From an uncultured cyanobacterium (GTDB taxonomy: Bacteria; Cyanobacteriota; Cyanobacteriia; PCC-6307; Cyanobiaceae): 64,000 bases of DNA. Within the stretch, counting starts at the first letter, position 1. Every line of letters starts with the position of its first letter. The notes beneath the pieces are model-generated. The model had not been told where the DNA came from. It searched no databases and saw nothing but the letters and a program-made list of their open reading frames with translations. Positions 49,524 to 61,435 of this stretch are shown piece by piece. The position numbers and the translations under genes were made by a program. The stretch lies in NCBI GenBank assembly GCA_963765575.1, contig CAVXWZ010000011.1:192001-256000 (forward strand). The letters are read 5' to 3'.

Positions 49524-50430
49524 TCATCGCCCGTGCATCTCCATCAACCTCCTCACCTCGCCGGCGTGATAACTGCTGCGGGTGAGCGGTGAGCTCACCA
49601 CCTGCAGAAAGCCCAGGTCCTCTTCGCCATGGCGCCGATAGCTTTCAAACTGCTCGGGGGTCACGAAGCGATCCACCGGCAGGTGCTTTGGCCCGGGGGA
49701 GAGATACTGGCCAATCGTCACGATGTCCACCTGGTGGTGCCTGAGGTCGGCCAGCACCTCCCGCACCTCGGAATCCCGTTCCCCCAGGCCCACCATCAAT
49801 CCAGATTTGCTGTAGGCCCGCGGCCAGCCCTCGCGCACCCGCCTCAGCAGCTCCAGCGACCGTGCATAGATGGCCTGGGGCCGGGCCGAGCGGTACAGGC
49901 GCGGCACCGTCTCGATGTTGTGGTTGAGCACGTGAGGCCCTGCGTCCATCACCCTGGCCAGTGCCGCCCAGTTGCCGCAGAAGTCGGGGATCAGCAGCTC
50001 GATCGTGGTGAGCGGTGAGCGCAGGCGCACCTGCTCGATGCAGGCCACAAACTGGCTGGCGCCGCCATCGGCCAGATCGTCGCGGTTCACGGCGGTGATC
50101 ACCACGTGGCTCAGCTTCAGCCGCTGCACGGCCTCCCCCAGCCGCTCGGGCTCGCTGGGGTCGAGGGCGCGGACGCTGCGATCGAAGTCGATGTCGCAGT
50201 AGGGGCAGGCGCGCGTGCAGCCGGGCCCCATGATCAGAAAGGTGGCCGTGCCGCTGGCGAAGCACTCGCCGATGTTCGGGCAGCTGGCCTCCTGACACAC
50301 CGTGTTCAGCCTCAGGTCCACCAGCAGGTCGGCCACGGCGCCGATGCGTTCGCGCTGGGGGGCCTTCACCCGCAGCCACTCGGGTTTCAGCCAAGGCGGT
50401 TGGGACGTGGGCCGTGTCGGCGCTGGGCAT
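49524..50430 (-). CDS. lipA: lipoyl synthase, apparent frameshift at about 50391 near the start
   Basis: [28 protein letters not shown] and RSSYHA motifs. Confidence 0.95.
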
Positions 50431-50533
50431 GCCGTGACTCTCAGGAGGGTTTGGGTGCGGGGGCTTGGGGTGGGGCAGGCCAGGGCTGAAGGTACGGCTG
50501 GCGCCAAGGGGCCATCCCCTAAAGTCACTGAAT

Positions 50534-50607
50534 CGGGATGTGGCGCAGCTTGGTAGCGCACTTCGTTCGGGACGAAGGGGCCGCAGGTTCGAATCCTGTC
50601 ATCCCGA
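50534..50607 (+). tRNA. tRNA-Pro(CGG)
   Basis: Acceptor CGGGATG/CATCCCG; anticodon arm CTTCG-TTCGGGA-CGAAG; GTTCGAATC. Confidence 0.96.
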
Positions 50608-52458
50608 TTTGCCCCCAGCCGGCGTGGCTTCCTCCGGGGAGCTGAGTTCGGCCCCCGGGTAGCCCCGGGGGGTCACCACCCACGGGCCGCTGCTGCGGCT
50701 GCTGCTGTTGCCCACCAACACCAGGGTGAGCATGTCCACCGCGTCGATCGGCACGGCCTCCAGCCGGTGCACGCTGACCTGCTCCTCGGGCCGGCCCAGC
50801 TGGCGGGCCAGCACCACCGGCGTGGATCCGGGCCTGCCGTCCCGCAGGATGGCCAGGGCGCAGCCCAGTTGCCAGTGGCGATCCCGCGAGCGGGGGTTGT
50901 AGAGCGCCACCACGAAATCACCGGCCGCCGCGGCCCGGAGCCGCTGCTCGATCACGTTCCAGGGGGTGAGCCTGTCGCTGAGGCTGATGGTGCAGAAGTC
51001 GTGCATCAACGGGGCCCCGCTGCGGGCGGCGGCCAGCTGCAGGGCCGAGATGCCCGGGTGCACCGTGAAGGCGGGGCGGCCGTCCTCGGGCTGCTGCAGC
51101 CACAGCTCCAGGGCCAGCCCCGCCATCGCATAGATGCCGCTGTCCCCCGAGGACACCAACGCCACGTCCAGCCCCTGGCTGGCCAGCTCCAGGGCCAGGG
51201 CGCAGCGGGCCCGCTCCTCGGTGAGCTGGCCGTCGCAGCGCAGCTGGTCGGGGCGGCGCAGGGGCTCCAGCAAATCGAGGTAGAGCCCGTAGCCCACCCA
51301 CACCGTGGCCTGGGCCAGGGCCCGGCGGGCGTCCGGCGTCAGCAGATCCAGCCTCCCCGGCCCGCTGCCCACCAGCTGCAGGTGGCCCCGCTGGGGGGCC
51401 CATTGCTCCGGGGCCTGGGCCACGGCCACGGTGGCGGCGCCGCGTTCGCCGGCCGCGGCGTGCAGCACCTGCTTGCCGGCCAGCAACCGCGCCTGCGGGC
51501 CGGCCGCCAGCAGCGCGGCGGCTTCGGCCACGCTGGCCGTGCCCATCTCGGCCGCCACCACCGCTGAGGGATTGGGCACCGCCACGGCCGCCAGATCGGC
51601 CGCTGCAAACCAGCGCAGCGGCCACTGGCGCTGCCGGGCCAGCTCCAGCAGGGCCGGTTCGTCGGCCTTGCGGTCGATGCTGGCCAGCCCGGCCACGGCC
51701 TGGGGCGCCAGCCCCAGCTCCCGCAGGCGCCCATCCACCAGCCGCTCCAGCAGGCTGAGGCTGCTCAGACGCTCGCAGCCCACGCCCAACCACAGGCAGG
51801 GCGGATGCCAGCGGCAGCCGGGCCCGGCGGCGATGGTGATCGTCAGGTCCGGCGGGGCGCTGCCGGCTTGGGCACTCTCCTGGGGCACCGGGTTGCGCTG
51901 CTGCAGGGCCGGCAGCTGGGCGGCGGCCTCCAGCTGCTGCCAGCGCCGTGAGCCGGCGCTCTGGACCAGGCGCAGCTGATCGATCGGCTGGGCCGCCCGC
52001 TTCATCAGGGCGTTCCAGTCGCCGCCGTCGCTGCGCCGCCAGCCCCAGGCAAGCCCGAACTGGTCAAGCGGTAGCCGTTGCCAGCCGCTGCTGCTGCCCG
52101 TGCTCACCAGCTCGGCGGCCAGCAACGCCGCCACCTCCCGGCCGAGCTGCTCGGCACCGGCCTGGTGGGCCCCCAGCAGGGGGATCACGAAGCGGCCCCG
52201 GGGATCGAGCACCACCACCGCCGGATCCTGGCGCTTGTCCAGCAGCAGCGGAGCCAGCAGCCGCACCACCAGTCCGCAGGCGCCCACCACCACAAAGCCC
52301 TGGGCGCTGGCCCACTGCTCGCGCAGACAGGCCGCCGCCGAGCCCGCCTCGCCCAGAGGCGCCAGCTGATCGATCACCCCCGCCTGGAGCAGGGGCTCCA
52401 GCAGGGCCTGGGCGCCGGGGCTGAAGCTCAGCCCCCAGATGTCGCCACGCCCGTTCAC
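50599..52458 (-). CDS. cobJ: CbiG/precorrin-3B C17-methyltransferase fusion
   Basis: [35 protein letters not shown] and TPRGY motifs. Confidence 0.93.
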   Translation of the reverse strand: MNGRGDIWGLSFSPGAQALLEPLLQAGVIDQLAPLGEAGSAAACLREQWASAQGFVVVGACGLVVRLLAPLLLDKRQDPAVVVLDPRGRFVIPLLGAHQAGAEQLGREVAALLAAELVSTGSSSGWQRLPLDQFGLAWGWRRSDGGDWNALMKRAAQPIDQLRLVQSAGSRRWQQLEAAAQLPALQQRNPVPQESAQAGSAPPDLTITIAAGPGCRWHPPCLWLGVGCERLSSLSLLERLVDGRLRELGLAPQAVAGLASIDRKADEPALLELARQRQWPLRWFAAADLAAVAVPNPSAVVAAEMGTASVAEAAALLAAGPQARLLAGKQVLHAAAGERGAATVAVAQAPEQWAPQRGHLQLVGSGPGRLDLLTPDARRALAQATVWVGYGLYLDLLEPLRRPDQLRCDGQLTEERARCALALELASQGLDVALVSSGDSGIYAMAGLALELWLQQPEDGRPAFTVHPGISALQLAAARSGAPLMHDFCTISLSDRLTPWNVIEQRLRAAAAGDFVVALYNPRSRDRHWQLGCALAILRDGRPGSTPVVLARQLGRPEEQVSVHRLEAVPIDAVDMLTLVLVGNSSSRSSGPWVVTPRGYPGAELSSPEEATPAGGKSG

Positions 52459-53645
52459 GCCGGCACCTCCGCCAGACCAGCCCCGCCCTGCCCAGGCTCG
52501 GTTTGCTCCGGCTCGATTGGCTCTGAATCGATTGGCTCTGGCTCGGGCAGTGCCGGCTCGCCCGCGATGGGGTCAGCCTGCGCAACCGCTGGCGGGATGG
52601 CCGTGGCGTCCTTGGGGTCCTCAGCGGCGCCTCCATCGCCGCCGGCCGTGTCCTGGGGGGCGAGCTCTGGCTCAGCGGCCGGGATCTCGCCCAGCAGCAC
52701 CGCCAGCTCCGGCTCATTGAGCGTTCCCCCCAGCCAGCGGGGCCTCGGGCCTGCCGGCCCCACGGTCACCTCCCGCACAACACTGTTAAACGGAGGGTTG
52801 ATGGGCTCACCGCGCGCATCCACCAGCTCCATCAGCACGCTGTTGCTGCCGCGCCGCCAGCCTTTCAGCCACAGCGGCGCGTTCTGGTCCACCAGAAAAC
52901 TGTCGCCGTTGACCGTGACCCGCAGTCGCCAGCGCTCGTCCCCCTCGCGCAGCCCCTGCAGCGGGGCGTCCTGCAGCAACCAGTCGAGCAGCACCGGTTC
53001 GGCGCCCGCCAGATCCGCAGGGCTGGCCACGATCAGCTGGGGGGTGCCCGGGTCGGGCAGGGTCAGCGGGTTGGCGGCCACCCGGTGCAGGCGGATCTGG
53101 GCCGAGGCCCCTGGACGTTTCACCACTTCCCCCCAGGGCCGCATGGCCATCACGGTGATGCGGTGGCTTCCGGGCGTCAGCGGCTCCATCGGCACATCCA
53201 GCGCAAAGCGCTCCCCCGCCGGCCCCTCCCCCGTGAGTCGCCGGGGCAGGCCGTCGTCCACCTGCACGGCCAGATGGGCCCCCAGGCCCAGCTCGCCGGC
53301 ATCGCTGAGCGGCCAGTCATGGCCGCTGATGCGCAGGCTCCAGGCCCCGGATGGCAGCAGGCTGTCGTCCGTTGGCGAGGCGATTGTCAGCTGCGGTCTG
53401 CGGCCATCGAGTGCCCCGCGCAGTTGCTGCACAGCCAGTGGTGGAGCCACTTCCTGCAGGCGACCGGCGGGGCCGCTGGCGGCCAGGGGGGGCGGGGCCG
53501 CGGCCCCGCGATTGCGGTTGAGGCGGGAGCAGCCCGCCGGCGCCAGCAGCACCAGCAGCACGACCCCACTGAGCAGGGCCCGCAGCAGCCGCCTCCACCG
53601 TTGATGGCCGCCGGCCCGCACCACGCTCACCCGCCCGGTCCCCAT
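52455..53645 (-). CDS. conserved cyanobacterial exported hypothetical protein
   Basis: Hydrophobic N-terminus ending AGC; LQEVAPP, RPWGE and NPPFNS; acidic Pro-rich tail. Confidence 0.75.
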   Translation of the reverse strand: MGTGRVSVVRAGGHQRWRRLLRALLSGVVLLVLLAPAGCSRLNRNRGAAAPPPLAASGPAGRLQEVAPPLAVQQLRGALDGRRPQLTIASPTDDSLLPSGAWSLRISGHDWPLSDAGELGLGAHLAVQVDDGLPRRLTGEGPAGERFALDVPMEPLTPGSHRITVMAMRPWGEVVKRPGASAQIRLHRVAANPLTLPDPGTPQLIVASPADLAGAEPVLLDWLLQDAPLQGLREGDERWRLRVTVNGDSFLVDQNAPLWLKGWRRGSNSVLMELVDARGEPINPPFNSVVREVTVGPAGPRPRWLGGTLNEPELAVLLGEIPAAEPELAPQDTAGGDGGAAEDPKDATAIPPAVAQADPIAGEPALPEPEPIDSEPIEPEQTEPGQGGAGLAEVPA

Positions 53646-53847
53646 CGATCTGGAGCCATTCTGCTGGCCGGAGCGGCCGGCGCCCGAGAGCGGTGAGCGC
53701 CAGACGCAGTGACAGTAAAAATATAATCAGGATTGCTTGAATGGAAATTAGTTGACATTCCTCACTGCTGCCCAGAGCCCAGTTCAGCACTGGGAATCCG
53801 GGGTATTGAACCTTTGTTACTGCGCCCCAAAGTGTTTTGAAACTGGC

Positions 53848-54080
53848 CCCTATACTGCGCCCAGCGGTCCCCTATCTGGGGCCTAGCCCCAGCCTCAAAT
53901 GGCGGCTTCGGTGATCCCTCACCGGCGTCTCCGCGGCTGGAGCCCATGGACGGCCCGGTTCACCCCGTCCGCTCCATGGGGCCCAACGGCGTTGCCTCTC
54001 TTCTGGTTTCCAGTGGATGAGGCGTCGCTCCCCAGGGGTGGGGACCCCCACCTCGACTCCGTCCCTCGAGGAACGTCTCG
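53848..54080 (+). promoter_or_regulatory. psaA -10 box and structured 5' leader
   Basis: TATACT at 53848-53853; stems CGGTGA/TCACCG, CCCATGGA/TCCATGGG, GGTGGG/CCCACC and CCTCGA/TCGAGG. Confidence 0.5.
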
Positions 54081-56384
54081 ATGACCATCAGCCCACCAGA
54101 GCGTGGGAAAAAGGCCGAGGCCATGGTCGACCGGAACCGCGTTCCGGCCACGTTCGAGCTTTTTGAAAAGCCCGGGCATTTCGACCGCAGCCTTGCCAAA
54201 GGTCCCAAAACCACAACCTGGGTTTGGAACCTCCACGCCAACGCTCACGACTTCGACAGCCACACGAGTGACCTCGAAGAGGTCTCTCGCAAGATCTTCT
54301 CTGCTCACTTCGGCCACCTGGCCGTCATTTTCATCTGGTTGAGCGGCGCCTTCTATCACGGTGCCCGCTTCTCCAACTACACCGGCTGGCTTGCCGACCC
54401 TCTGCACGTCAAGCCTTCAGCTCAGGTGGTCTGGCCGATCTTTGGCCAGGAAATCCTCAATGGCGATGTGGGTGCCGGCTTCCACGGCATCCAGATCACC
54501 TCCGGTCTCTTCCATGTCTGGCGGGCCTGGGGCTTCACCAATGAGTTCCAATTGCTGTGTACGGCAATCGGCGCTTTGGTGATGGCCGGGTTGATGCTCA
54601 ATGCGGGCGTCTTCCACTACCACAAGGCAGCTCCAAAGCTGGAGTGGTTCCAGAACGTTGAGTCCATGCTCAACCACCACCTGGCTGGCCTTCTTGGCCT
54701 GGGCTCCCTGTCCTGGACCGGGCACCTTCTGCACGTGTCCCTGCCCACCACGGCCCTGATGGATGCCATTGATGCCGGCCAGCCGCTGGCGATCAATGGC
54801 AAGACCATCGCCTCCTACGGCGACATCCCGTTGCCGCACGAGTTCATCAACCAGGACGTCCTGTCCCAGATCTATCCAGGTTTTGGTGCGGGCATCTCCG
54901 CCTTCTTCACTGGTAACTGGGCGGCCTACAGCGACTTCCTCACCTTCAAAGGTGGGCTCAACCCCGTCACGGGAAGCCTCTGGATGACGGACATCGCCCA
55001 TCACCACCTGGCGATTGCGGTGCTGTTCATCGTGGCCGGTCACATGTACCGGACCAACTGGGGCATCGGTCACAGCCTCAAGGAAATCCTTGAGGGGCAG
55101 AAGGGCGATCCCCTGCTGTTCCCGGCTCCCAATGGTCACGATGGCCTGTTCGAGTTCATGACCACCAGCTGGCATGCCCAACTGGCCGTGAACCTGGCCC
55201 TCTTCGGTTCGCTGACCATCATCGTGGCGCATCACATGTATGCGATGCCGCCCTATCCCTACATCGGGATTGATTACCCAACCCAGGTTTCCCTGTTCAC
55301 ACACCACATGTGGATTGGCGGCTTCTTGGTGGTGGGTGCCGGTGCGCACGCGGCCATCGCCATGATCCGTGACTACGACCCCGCCAAGCACATCGACAAC
55401 GTGCTGGACCGGGTGCTCAAGGCACGGGATGCCCTGATCAGCCACCTCAACTGGGTCTGCATCTTCCTGGGCTTCCACAGCTTCGGTCTGTACATCCACA
55501 ACGACACCATGCGTGCCCTGGGTCGCCCCCAGGACATGTTCAGCGACTCCGCCATTGCCCTGAAGCCGATCTTCGCGCAGTGGATTCAGGGTCTGCATGC
55601 GGCTGCCGCCGGCACCACTGCTCCCAATGCCCTCGCGGGCGTGAGCGAGGTGTTCAACGGTTCCGTGGTGGCGGTGGGTGGCAAGGTTGCCGCGGCTCCG
55701 ATCCCCCTGGGCACGGCGGACTTCATGGTCCACCACATCCATGCCTTCACGATCCACGTCACCGTGCTGATCCTGCTGAAGGGTGTGCTGTATGCCCGCA
55801 GCTCCCGCCTCGTCCCCGACAAGGCGAACCTCGGTTTCCGTTTCCCCTGCGACGGCCCCGGCCGTGGCGGTACCTGTCAGGTGTCGGCCTGGGACCACGT
55901 GTTCCTTGGTCTCTTCTGGATGTACAACTCCCTGTCGATCGTGATCTTCCACTTCTCCTGGAAGATGCAGAGCGACGTGTGGGGCACCGTCAATGCCGAC
56001 GGCAGCGTCCAGCACATCACCAACGGCAACTTTGCCCAGAGCGCCATCACCATCAATGGCTGGCTGCGTGACTTCCTGTGGGCCCAGGCCGCACAGGTGA
56101 TCAACAGCTATGGCTCCAGTTCCAGTGCCTATGGCCTGATGTTCCTGGGTGCCCACTTCGTCTGGGCTTTCAGCCTGATGTTCCTGTTCAGCGGCCGCGG
56201 CTACTGGCAGGAGCTGATTGAGTCCATCGTCTGGGCTCACAACAAGCTGAAGGTGGCGCCGGCCATTCAGCCCCGTGCGCTCTCCATCACTCAGGGCCGT
56301 GCCGTGGGTGTCGCTCACTATCTTTTGGGCGGTATCGCGACCACTTGGTCCTTCTTCCTGGCCCGCATGATTGCGGTCGGCTGA
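54081..56384 (+). CDS. psaA: photosystem I core protein PsaA
   Basis: [21 protein letters not shown] and FSGRGYWQE motifs. Confidence 0.99.
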   Translation: MTISPPERGKKAEAMVDRNRVPATFELFEKPGHFDRSLAKGPKTTTWVWNLHANAHDFDSHTSDLEEVSRKIFSAHFGHLAVIFIWLSGAFYHGARFSNYTGWLADPLHVKPSAQVVWPIFGQEILNGDVGAGFHGIQITSGLFHVWRAWGFTNEFQLLCTAIGALVMAGLMLNAGVFHYHKAAPKLEWFQNVESMLNHHLAGLLGLGSLSWTGHLLHVSLPTTALMDAIDAGQPLAINGKTIASYGDIPLPHEFINQDVLSQIYPGFGAGISAFFTGNWAAYSDFLTFKGGLNPVTGSLWMTDIAHHHLAIAVLFIVAGHMYRTNWGIGHSLKEILEGQKGDPLLFPAPNGHDGLFEFMTTSWHAQLAVNLALFGSLTIIVAHHMYAMPPYPYIGIDYPTQVSLFTHHMWIGGFLVVGAGAHAAIAMIRDYDPAKHIDNVLDRVLKARDALISHLNWVCIFLGFHSFGLYIHNDTMRALGRPQDMFSDSAIALKPIFAQWIQGLHAAAAGTTAPNALAGVSEVFNGSVVAVGGKVAAAPIPLGTADFMVHHIHAFTIHVTVLILLKGVLYARSSRLVPDKANLGFRFPCDGPGRGGTCQVSAWDHVFLGLFWMYNSLSIVIFHFSWKMQSDVWGTVNADGSVQHITNGNFAQSAITINGWLRDFLWAQAAQVINSYGSSSSAYGLMFLGAHFVWAFSLMFLFSGRGYWQELIESIVWAHNKLKVAPAIQPRALSITQGRAVGVAHYLLGGIATTWSFFLARMIAVG

Positions 56385-56403
56385 CCTTTCCTGACCTTTC
56401 CCA

Positions 56404-58626
56404 ATGGCAACGAAATTTCCTTCGTTCAGCCAGGGTCTGGCACAGGACCCGACAACCCGCCGGATTTGGTACGGCATTGCCACGGCTCACGACTTCGAGA
56501 GCCACGACGGCATGACCGAGGAGCGGCTTTACCAAAAGCTGTTCTCCACCCACTTCGGACACCTGGCCGTTATCGGCCTCTGGGTTTCGGGCAACCTGTT
56601 CCATATCGCCTGGCAGGGCAACTTTGAACAGTGGGTCACCGATCCGCTGAATGTCCGTCCCATCGCTCACGCGATCTGGGATCCCCACTTCGGTGAAGGC
56701 GCCATTTCGGCCTTCACCCAGGCTGGCGCTTCCTCTCCGGTGAACGTCGCCTACTCCGGTCTGTACCACTGGTGGTACACGATCGGCATGCGCAGCAATG
56801 CCGAGCTGTATCAGGGTGCCATCTTCATGATGATCCTGTCGGCCTGGGCGCTGTTCGCTGGTTGGCTTCACCTTCAGCCCAAGTTCCGGCCTTCCCTGGC
56901 CTGGTTCAAGAACGCTGAATCCCGCCTCAACCACCACCTGGCGGTGCTGTTCGGTTTCAGCTCCATCGCCTGGACCGGTCACCTGGTCCACGTGGCGATT
57001 CCTGAGTCCCGCGGCCAGCACGTGGGTTGGGACAACTTCCTCTCGGTGTTGCCCCACCCCGCCGGTCTCGGACCGTTCTTCACCGGCAACTGGGGCGTCT
57101 ACGCCCAGAACCCCGATACCCCCTACCAGCTGTTCAACACCGCTGAAGGTTCGGGCACCGCGATCCTCACCTTCCTGGGTGGCTTCCATCCTCAGACGGA
57201 AGCGCTCTGGCTCACCGACATCGCCCATCACCATCTGGCGATTGGCGTGATCTTCGTGATCGCTGGCCACATGTACCGCACCAACTTCGGTATCGGCCAC
57301 TCGATTCGCGAGATCCTCGACGCCCACAACCCACCCAAGGGAACCCCCGGTGATCTGGGCGCAGGCCACAAAGGCCTCTACGACACCATCAACAACTCGC
57401 TCCACTTCCAACTCGGTCTGGCCCTCGCCAGCCTTGGTGTGGCGACGAGCCTGGTGGCCCAGCACATGTATGCCCTGCCGTCCTATGCGTTCATCGCACA
57501 GGACTACACCACGCAGGCTGCGCTCTACACCCACCACCAGTACATCGCCATCTTCCTGATGTGCGGTGCCTTCGCCCACGGTGCGATCTTCTTCATCCGT
57601 GACTACGACCCCGAAGCCAACAAGAACAACGTTCTGGCCCGGGTGCTCGAGCACAAGGAAGCGATCATCAGCCACCTGAGCTGGGTGTCCCTGTTCCTCG
57701 GCTTCCACACCCTGGGTCTCTACGTCCACAACGATGTGGTCGTGGCCTTCGGTACCCCCGAGAAGCAGATCCTGATTGAGCCGGTCTTCGCCCAGTTCGT
57801 TCAGGCCTCCTCTGGTAAGGCTCTGTACGGCATGGATGTGTTGCTCTCCAACCCCGAGAGCATCGCTTCCACCGCCTGGCCCAACTACGGCGCCGTCTGG
57901 CTGCCCGGTTGGCTGGAAAGCCTCAACTCCGGCACCAACTCCCTCTTCCTCCAGATCGGTCCTGGTGACTTCCTGGTGCACCACGCCATTGCGCTGGGTC
58001 TCCACACCACCACCCTGATCCTGGTGAAGGGCGCCCTGGATGCCCGGGGTTCGAAGCTGATGCCCGACAAGAAGGACTTCGGCTACTCCTTCCCCTGCGA
58101 CGGCCCCGGCCGTGGCGGTACCTGCGACATCAGTGCCTGGGACGCCTTCTATCTGGCGGTCTTCTGGGCCCTGAACACCGTGGGTTGGGTGACCTTCTAC
58201 TGGCACTGGAAGCACCTGGCGATCTGGCAGGGCAACGTGGCCCAGTTCAACGAATCCAGCACCTACCTCATGGGCTGGTTCCGCGATTACCTGTGGCTCA
58301 ACAGCTCCCAGCTGATCAATGGCTACAACCCGGCCGGTACCAACAACCTGGCTGTCTGGGCCTGGATGTTCCTCTTCGGTCACCTGGTCTGGGCCACCGG
58401 CTTCATGTTCCTGATCTCCTGGAGGGGGTACTGGCAGGAGCTGATCGAGACCATCGTCTGGGCTCACCAGCGCACTCCGCTCGCCAACCTGGTGGGCTGG
58501 CGTGACAAGCCTGTGGCGCTCTCGATCGTTCAGGCCCGGGTGGTGGGTCTGGCTCACTTCACGGTGGGTTACTTCCTCACCTACGCCGCCTTCCTGATCG
58601 CCTCGACGGCCGGTAAGTTCGGCTGA
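56404..58626 (+). CDS. psaB: photosystem I core protein PsaB
   Basis: [22 protein letters not shown] and ISWRGYWQE motifs. Confidence 0.99.
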   Translation: MATKFPSFSQGLAQDPTTRRIWYGIATAHDFESHDGMTEERLYQKLFSTHFGHLAVIGLWVSGNLFHIAWQGNFEQWVTDPLNVRPIAHAIWDPHFGEGAISAFTQAGASSPVNVAYSGLYHWWYTIGMRSNAELYQGAIFMMILSAWALFAGWLHLQPKFRPSLAWFKNAESRLNHHLAVLFGFSSIAWTGHLVHVAIPESRGQHVGWDNFLSVLPHPAGLGPFFTGNWGVYAQNPDTPYQLFNTAEGSGTAILTFLGGFHPQTEALWLTDIAHHHLAIGVIFVIAGHMYRTNFGIGHSIREILDAHNPPKGTPGDLGAGHKGLYDTINNSLHFQLGLALASLGVATSLVAQHMYALPSYAFIAQDYTTQAALYTHHQYIAIFLMCGAFAHGAIFFIRDYDPEANKNNVLARVLEHKEAIISHLSWVSLFLGFHTLGLYVHNDVVVAFGTPEKQILIEPVFAQFVQASSGKALYGMDVLLSNPESIASTAWPNYGAVWLPGWLESLNSGTNSLFLQIGPGDFLVHHAIALGLHTTTLILVKGALDARGSKLMPDKKDFGYSFPCDGPGRGGTCDISAWDAFYLAVFWALNTVGWVTFYWHWKHLAIWQGNVAQFNESSTYLMGWFRDYLWLNSSQLINGYNPAGTNNLAVWAWMFLFGHLVWATGFMFLISWRGYWQELIETIVWAHQRTPLANLVGWRDKPVALSIVQARVVGLAHFTVGYFLTYAAFLIASTAGKFG

Positions 58627-58648
58627 TCCCACTCTCGAGGGACCCTTG

Positions 58649-58673
58649 ACCCCGGCCTTGGCCGGGGTTTTTT
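58649..58673 (+). terminator. psaAB terminator
   Basis: Stem CCCCGGCC/GGCCGGGG followed by a T run. Confidence 0.9.
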
Positions 58674-58721
58674 CATGGCCTGTTCATGGCCTGATGGTCA
58701 TGCCCTCAAGGCTTCATCCCT

Positions 58722-58982
58722 TCAAGGCTTCTTCGCCTCCAGATAATTGCTGCGCACGTAGTCCCAGTCCTCGCAGCGCAGTTCATCGCCACTGGTGATT
58801 GAGCGCTCTCCGTGCTGGCACTCCACCATCGCCTGATGACCCTGGCGCATCAGCGCCTCGTTCACCTTGGCATCGCAGCCCGCTAGCGCCACGCTCAGCG
58901 GCACGAGCAGGCAGAACCAGGCCGGCCAACGGGGCTGGTGCTGCCGCTGCAGGTCGTCGTCGTGGGATCGGTTGTTGATCAT
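58722..58982 (-). CDS. small putative lipoprotein
   Basis: Hydrophobic stretch ending in lipobox LAGC; two further Cys; GC3-rich codons; start uncertain. Confidence 0.65.
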   Translation of the reverse strand: MINNRSHDDDLQRQHQPRWPAWFCLLVPLSVALAGCDAKVNEALMRQGHQAMVECQHGERSITSGDELRCEDWDYVRSNYLEAKKP

Positions 58983-59089
58983 GGGGGTGAATGCGGCCAG
59001 GATCATCCTGCCCAACGGCAGCCCCTTTTCCGCTTCGTCAAGTCAGCGTCTCCCCAGGCCAATCACGCTGCCGCCAGCGGCAAGCCATG

Positions 59090-59113
59090 AAAAAGGCCCC
59101 GCTGTGCGGGGCC
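59090..59113 (-). terminator. psaL terminator
   Basis: Stem GGCCCCGC/GCGGGGCC followed by T5 on the minus strand. Confidence 0.85.
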
Positions 59114-59162
59114 GGAGCGATTTGGCAAGGTTGGCAAGGCGGCCTGCTGGCCGGACTCCTGG

Positions 59163-59651
59163 TCAGCCAGCACTCCAGACGCCGCCCAGGTGAGCCAGGG
59201 GGCTCGACAGGGCGATGCTGGCCAGGAACCAGGCGAAGGCGGCGCCGCCGCAGCCACCCAGCCAGAAGCCGCTGGCGAACTCGGCCCAGCCGGCCTTGGT
59301 GAACAGGTCGGCGGGAGGGTTGTCGATGGTGGCATCCGCTGGCTGGACGTTGGGTCCATTCCCTGCCGTGCTGTAGATCGACAGGCAGACGGTGAGGATC
59401 GAGACCAGACCAATGGCACCCAGCAGCCCTGCGGTGCTGGCGTAGTCGGTCATGCGCAGCGGACCGGTGAAGGCGAAGGGGCCATACAGCAGGTAGCCAT
59501 GGGCCATGCCCACTTCCAGACCGCGGCGGTTGGGCGACAGGGAGGGGCGATAGGCCGGCAGGGCGTTCAGAAAGGCCTTGCTGAAATAGCTGCTGTTAAC
59601 GGGGGTGGCCAGATTGCCGACACAGGGGTCGGCGACGGGGGTCACGGTCAT
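59163..59651 (-). CDS. psaL: photosystem I subunit XI
   Basis: [27 protein letters not shown] and GPLR motifs. Confidence 0.98.
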   Translation of the reverse strand: MTVTPVADPCVGNLATPVNSSYFSKAFLNALPAYRPSLSPNRRGLEVGMAHGYLLYGPFAFTGPLRMTDYASTAGLLGAIGLVSILTVCLSIYSTAGNGPNVQPADATIDNPPADLFTKAGWAEFASGFWLGGCGGAAFAWFLASIALSSPLAHLGGVWSAG

Positions 59652-59767
59652 GGGTTGGTGGGGAGTGCTGAGCTGAGAAGGCTGGTGCTGAGACAGGTTG
59701 CCTGGGGAAGGCCGCGCTTGAAAGGTCGCGCTGCTGGCCGTTGCGCTTGGGCGCGGGAACTACGGCC

Positions 59768-59884
59768 TCACTCGGTGGCTTCAATCACGTTGAACAGCAG
59801 CGCCATGGCCACGGCTGCGCCGAGGATGCCCACGAGGGGGACCAGCACCGAAGGCATCCAGGCGGCAGCAAATTCTCCAGTCAT
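59768..59884 (-). CDS. psaI: photosystem I subunit VIII
   Basis: MTGEFAAAWMPSVLVPLVG..MALLFNVIE. Confidence 0.95.
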   Translation of the reverse strand: MTGEFAAAWMPSVLVPLVGILGAAVAMALLFNVIEATE

Positions 59885-59975
59885 GACAGGGGGCCGAAAC
59901 ATACCAGCCGTACTGTAAAGATCGTTGCCGGACGGGCCTTTTGGCGGCCCTGCTGACGACATAAAAGTTCAATCC

Positions 59976-60500
59976 ATGACCACGACGCTCTTCGCTGGGG
60001 CCACCGCCCTTTTGCTGGTTCTCTCCTTGATCCTGCGTCGCCGCAGCCCGCCTCCCCTGCTGCGATCCAGCGATACCCGTGCGATCGCCGCCCTCAATCG
60101 GGCCCAGATCGCCCTGGCGGCCTCCGCCGCCCCCCGCCAGGAACCGGCAGGGCCTGCCGTGGCCAGCCCAGCGCCGCCGACAGAGCCGCCGCTGGCTGGG
60201 GACGGGCCCGCGCCGGTCCCCCTTCCTGCCCCCGCCGATTCGCGCCGGCGGGCCGAGCTCACGGCACGGCTGCAGCACCAGCTCCACGGCGACCCCCGCC
60301 AACGCCTGCAGGCCATGCGCACCGCCCGGCGCTGGGGACACCCGGCGGTTCTGCCGCTGCTGCGCCGTGGCCTGCGGGATGTGGACCCCAGCGTTGTGCT
60401 GGAGGCGGTGCAAGGGATTGAGCGCTTTCGCACCTGCCCCCACGTCGCCGCCGCCCGCCCTCAGCGGCCGCTGCCGCGCAATGTCTCCCGCACCCGGTAG
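59976..60500 (+). CDS. HEAT-repeat membrane-anchored protein
   Basis: N-terminal TM helix; LPLLRRGLRDVDPSVV; LPRNVSRTR. Confidence 0.75.
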   Translation: MTTTLFAGATALLLVLSLILRRRSPPPLLRSSDTRAIAALNRAQIALAASAAPRQEPAGPAVASPAPPTEPPLAGDGPAPVPLPAPADSRRRAELTARLQHQLHGDPRQRLQAMRTARRWGHPAVLPLLRRGLRDVDPSVVLEAVQGIERFRTCPHVAAARPQRPLPRNVSRTR

Positions 60501-61411
60501 ATCGGCCGACCCTGGCTTTCGTGATATGTGCGCATCTGCAGCTCGGCCAGCAGGCCGAAGCAGAACAGCTGCACTCCGGCGAGGAAGCTGATCAGGGCCA
60601 TCAGCAGCAGCGGCCGATCACCCAGATCGGTGCCCAGGATCAGCTTCTCGCCCACCAGCCAGAGGCTGATCAGCAGTCCTGCCCCCATCGCCGCCAGACC
60701 AGCCCCCCCGAACACGTGCATGGGCCGGGTGAGAAAGCGCTTCATGAACCACACCGTGAGCAGGTCCATCAACACCCGGTAGGTGCGATCGAGCCCGTAC
60801 TTGCTCTGCCCGAAGCGGCGGGCATGGTGGCTCACCTGCACCTCGGCGATGCGGGCCCCCTCGATCGCCGCCAGGGCCGGCAGGAAGCGATGCAGTTCGC
60901 CGTAGAGGTTGAGGTTGTCGATCACCTCGCGGCGGTAGGCCTTGAGGGAGCAGCCGTAGTCGTGCAGCCGCACTCCGGTGACGCGGCCGATCAGGCTGTT
61001 GGCGAGCCGGCTGGGCAGCAGCCGGCTGAGGGCGGCGTCCTGGCGCCGGTGGCGCCAGCCGCTCACCAGGTCATAGCCCTCGTCGAGGCGCTCCAGCAGC
61101 AGCGGGATATCCAGGGGATCGTTCTGCAGATCGCCGTCCAGGGTCACGAGCACATCGCCCCGGCTGGTGTCGAAGCCGGCGGCCATGGCGGCGGTCTGGC
61201 CGTAGTTGCGGCGCAGCAGCACCGCCACCAGTTCCGGCACCTCGGCCTGCAGCTGCCTCAACACCGCCGCTGAACCGTCCTGGGAGCCGTCATCCACCAG
61301 CACGAGCTCGAAGCTCATCCCCAGGGGGCGGACGCCGGCGAGCAGCTCCCGCACCAGCTGGGGCAGGCTCTGCTCTTCGTTGAACAGCGGCACCACCACT
61401 GAGAGATCCAT
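60461..61411 (-). CDS. glycosyltransferase family 2 (polyprenol-phosphate type)
   Basis: VVVPLFNE, VDDGS, RNYGQTAA, DGDLQND and HDYGC motifs; two C-terminal TM helices. Confidence 0.93.
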   Translation of the reverse strand: MDLSVVVPLFNEEQSLPQLVRELLAGVRPLGMSFELVLVDDGSQDGSAAVLRQLQAEVPELVAVLLRRNYGQTAAMAAGFDTSRGDVLVTLDGDLQNDPLDIPLLLERLDEGYDLVSGWRHRRQDAALSRLLPSRLANSLIGRVTGVRLHDYGCSLKAYRREVIDNLNLYGELHRFLPALAAIEGARIAEVQVSHHARRFGQSKYGLDRTYRVLMDLLTVWFMKRFLTRPMHVFGGAGLAAMGAGLLISLWLVGEKLILGTDLGDRPLLLMALISFLAGVQLFCFGLLAELQMRTYHESQGRPIYRVRETLRGSGR

Positions 61412-61435
61412 GGCCGAGCCGCCCACCGAGGGAAC

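Noticed and set aside
54417..58632. 688-aa and 781-aa minus-strand ORFs
   Set aside because: Antisense shadows of the strongly codon-biased psaA and psaB
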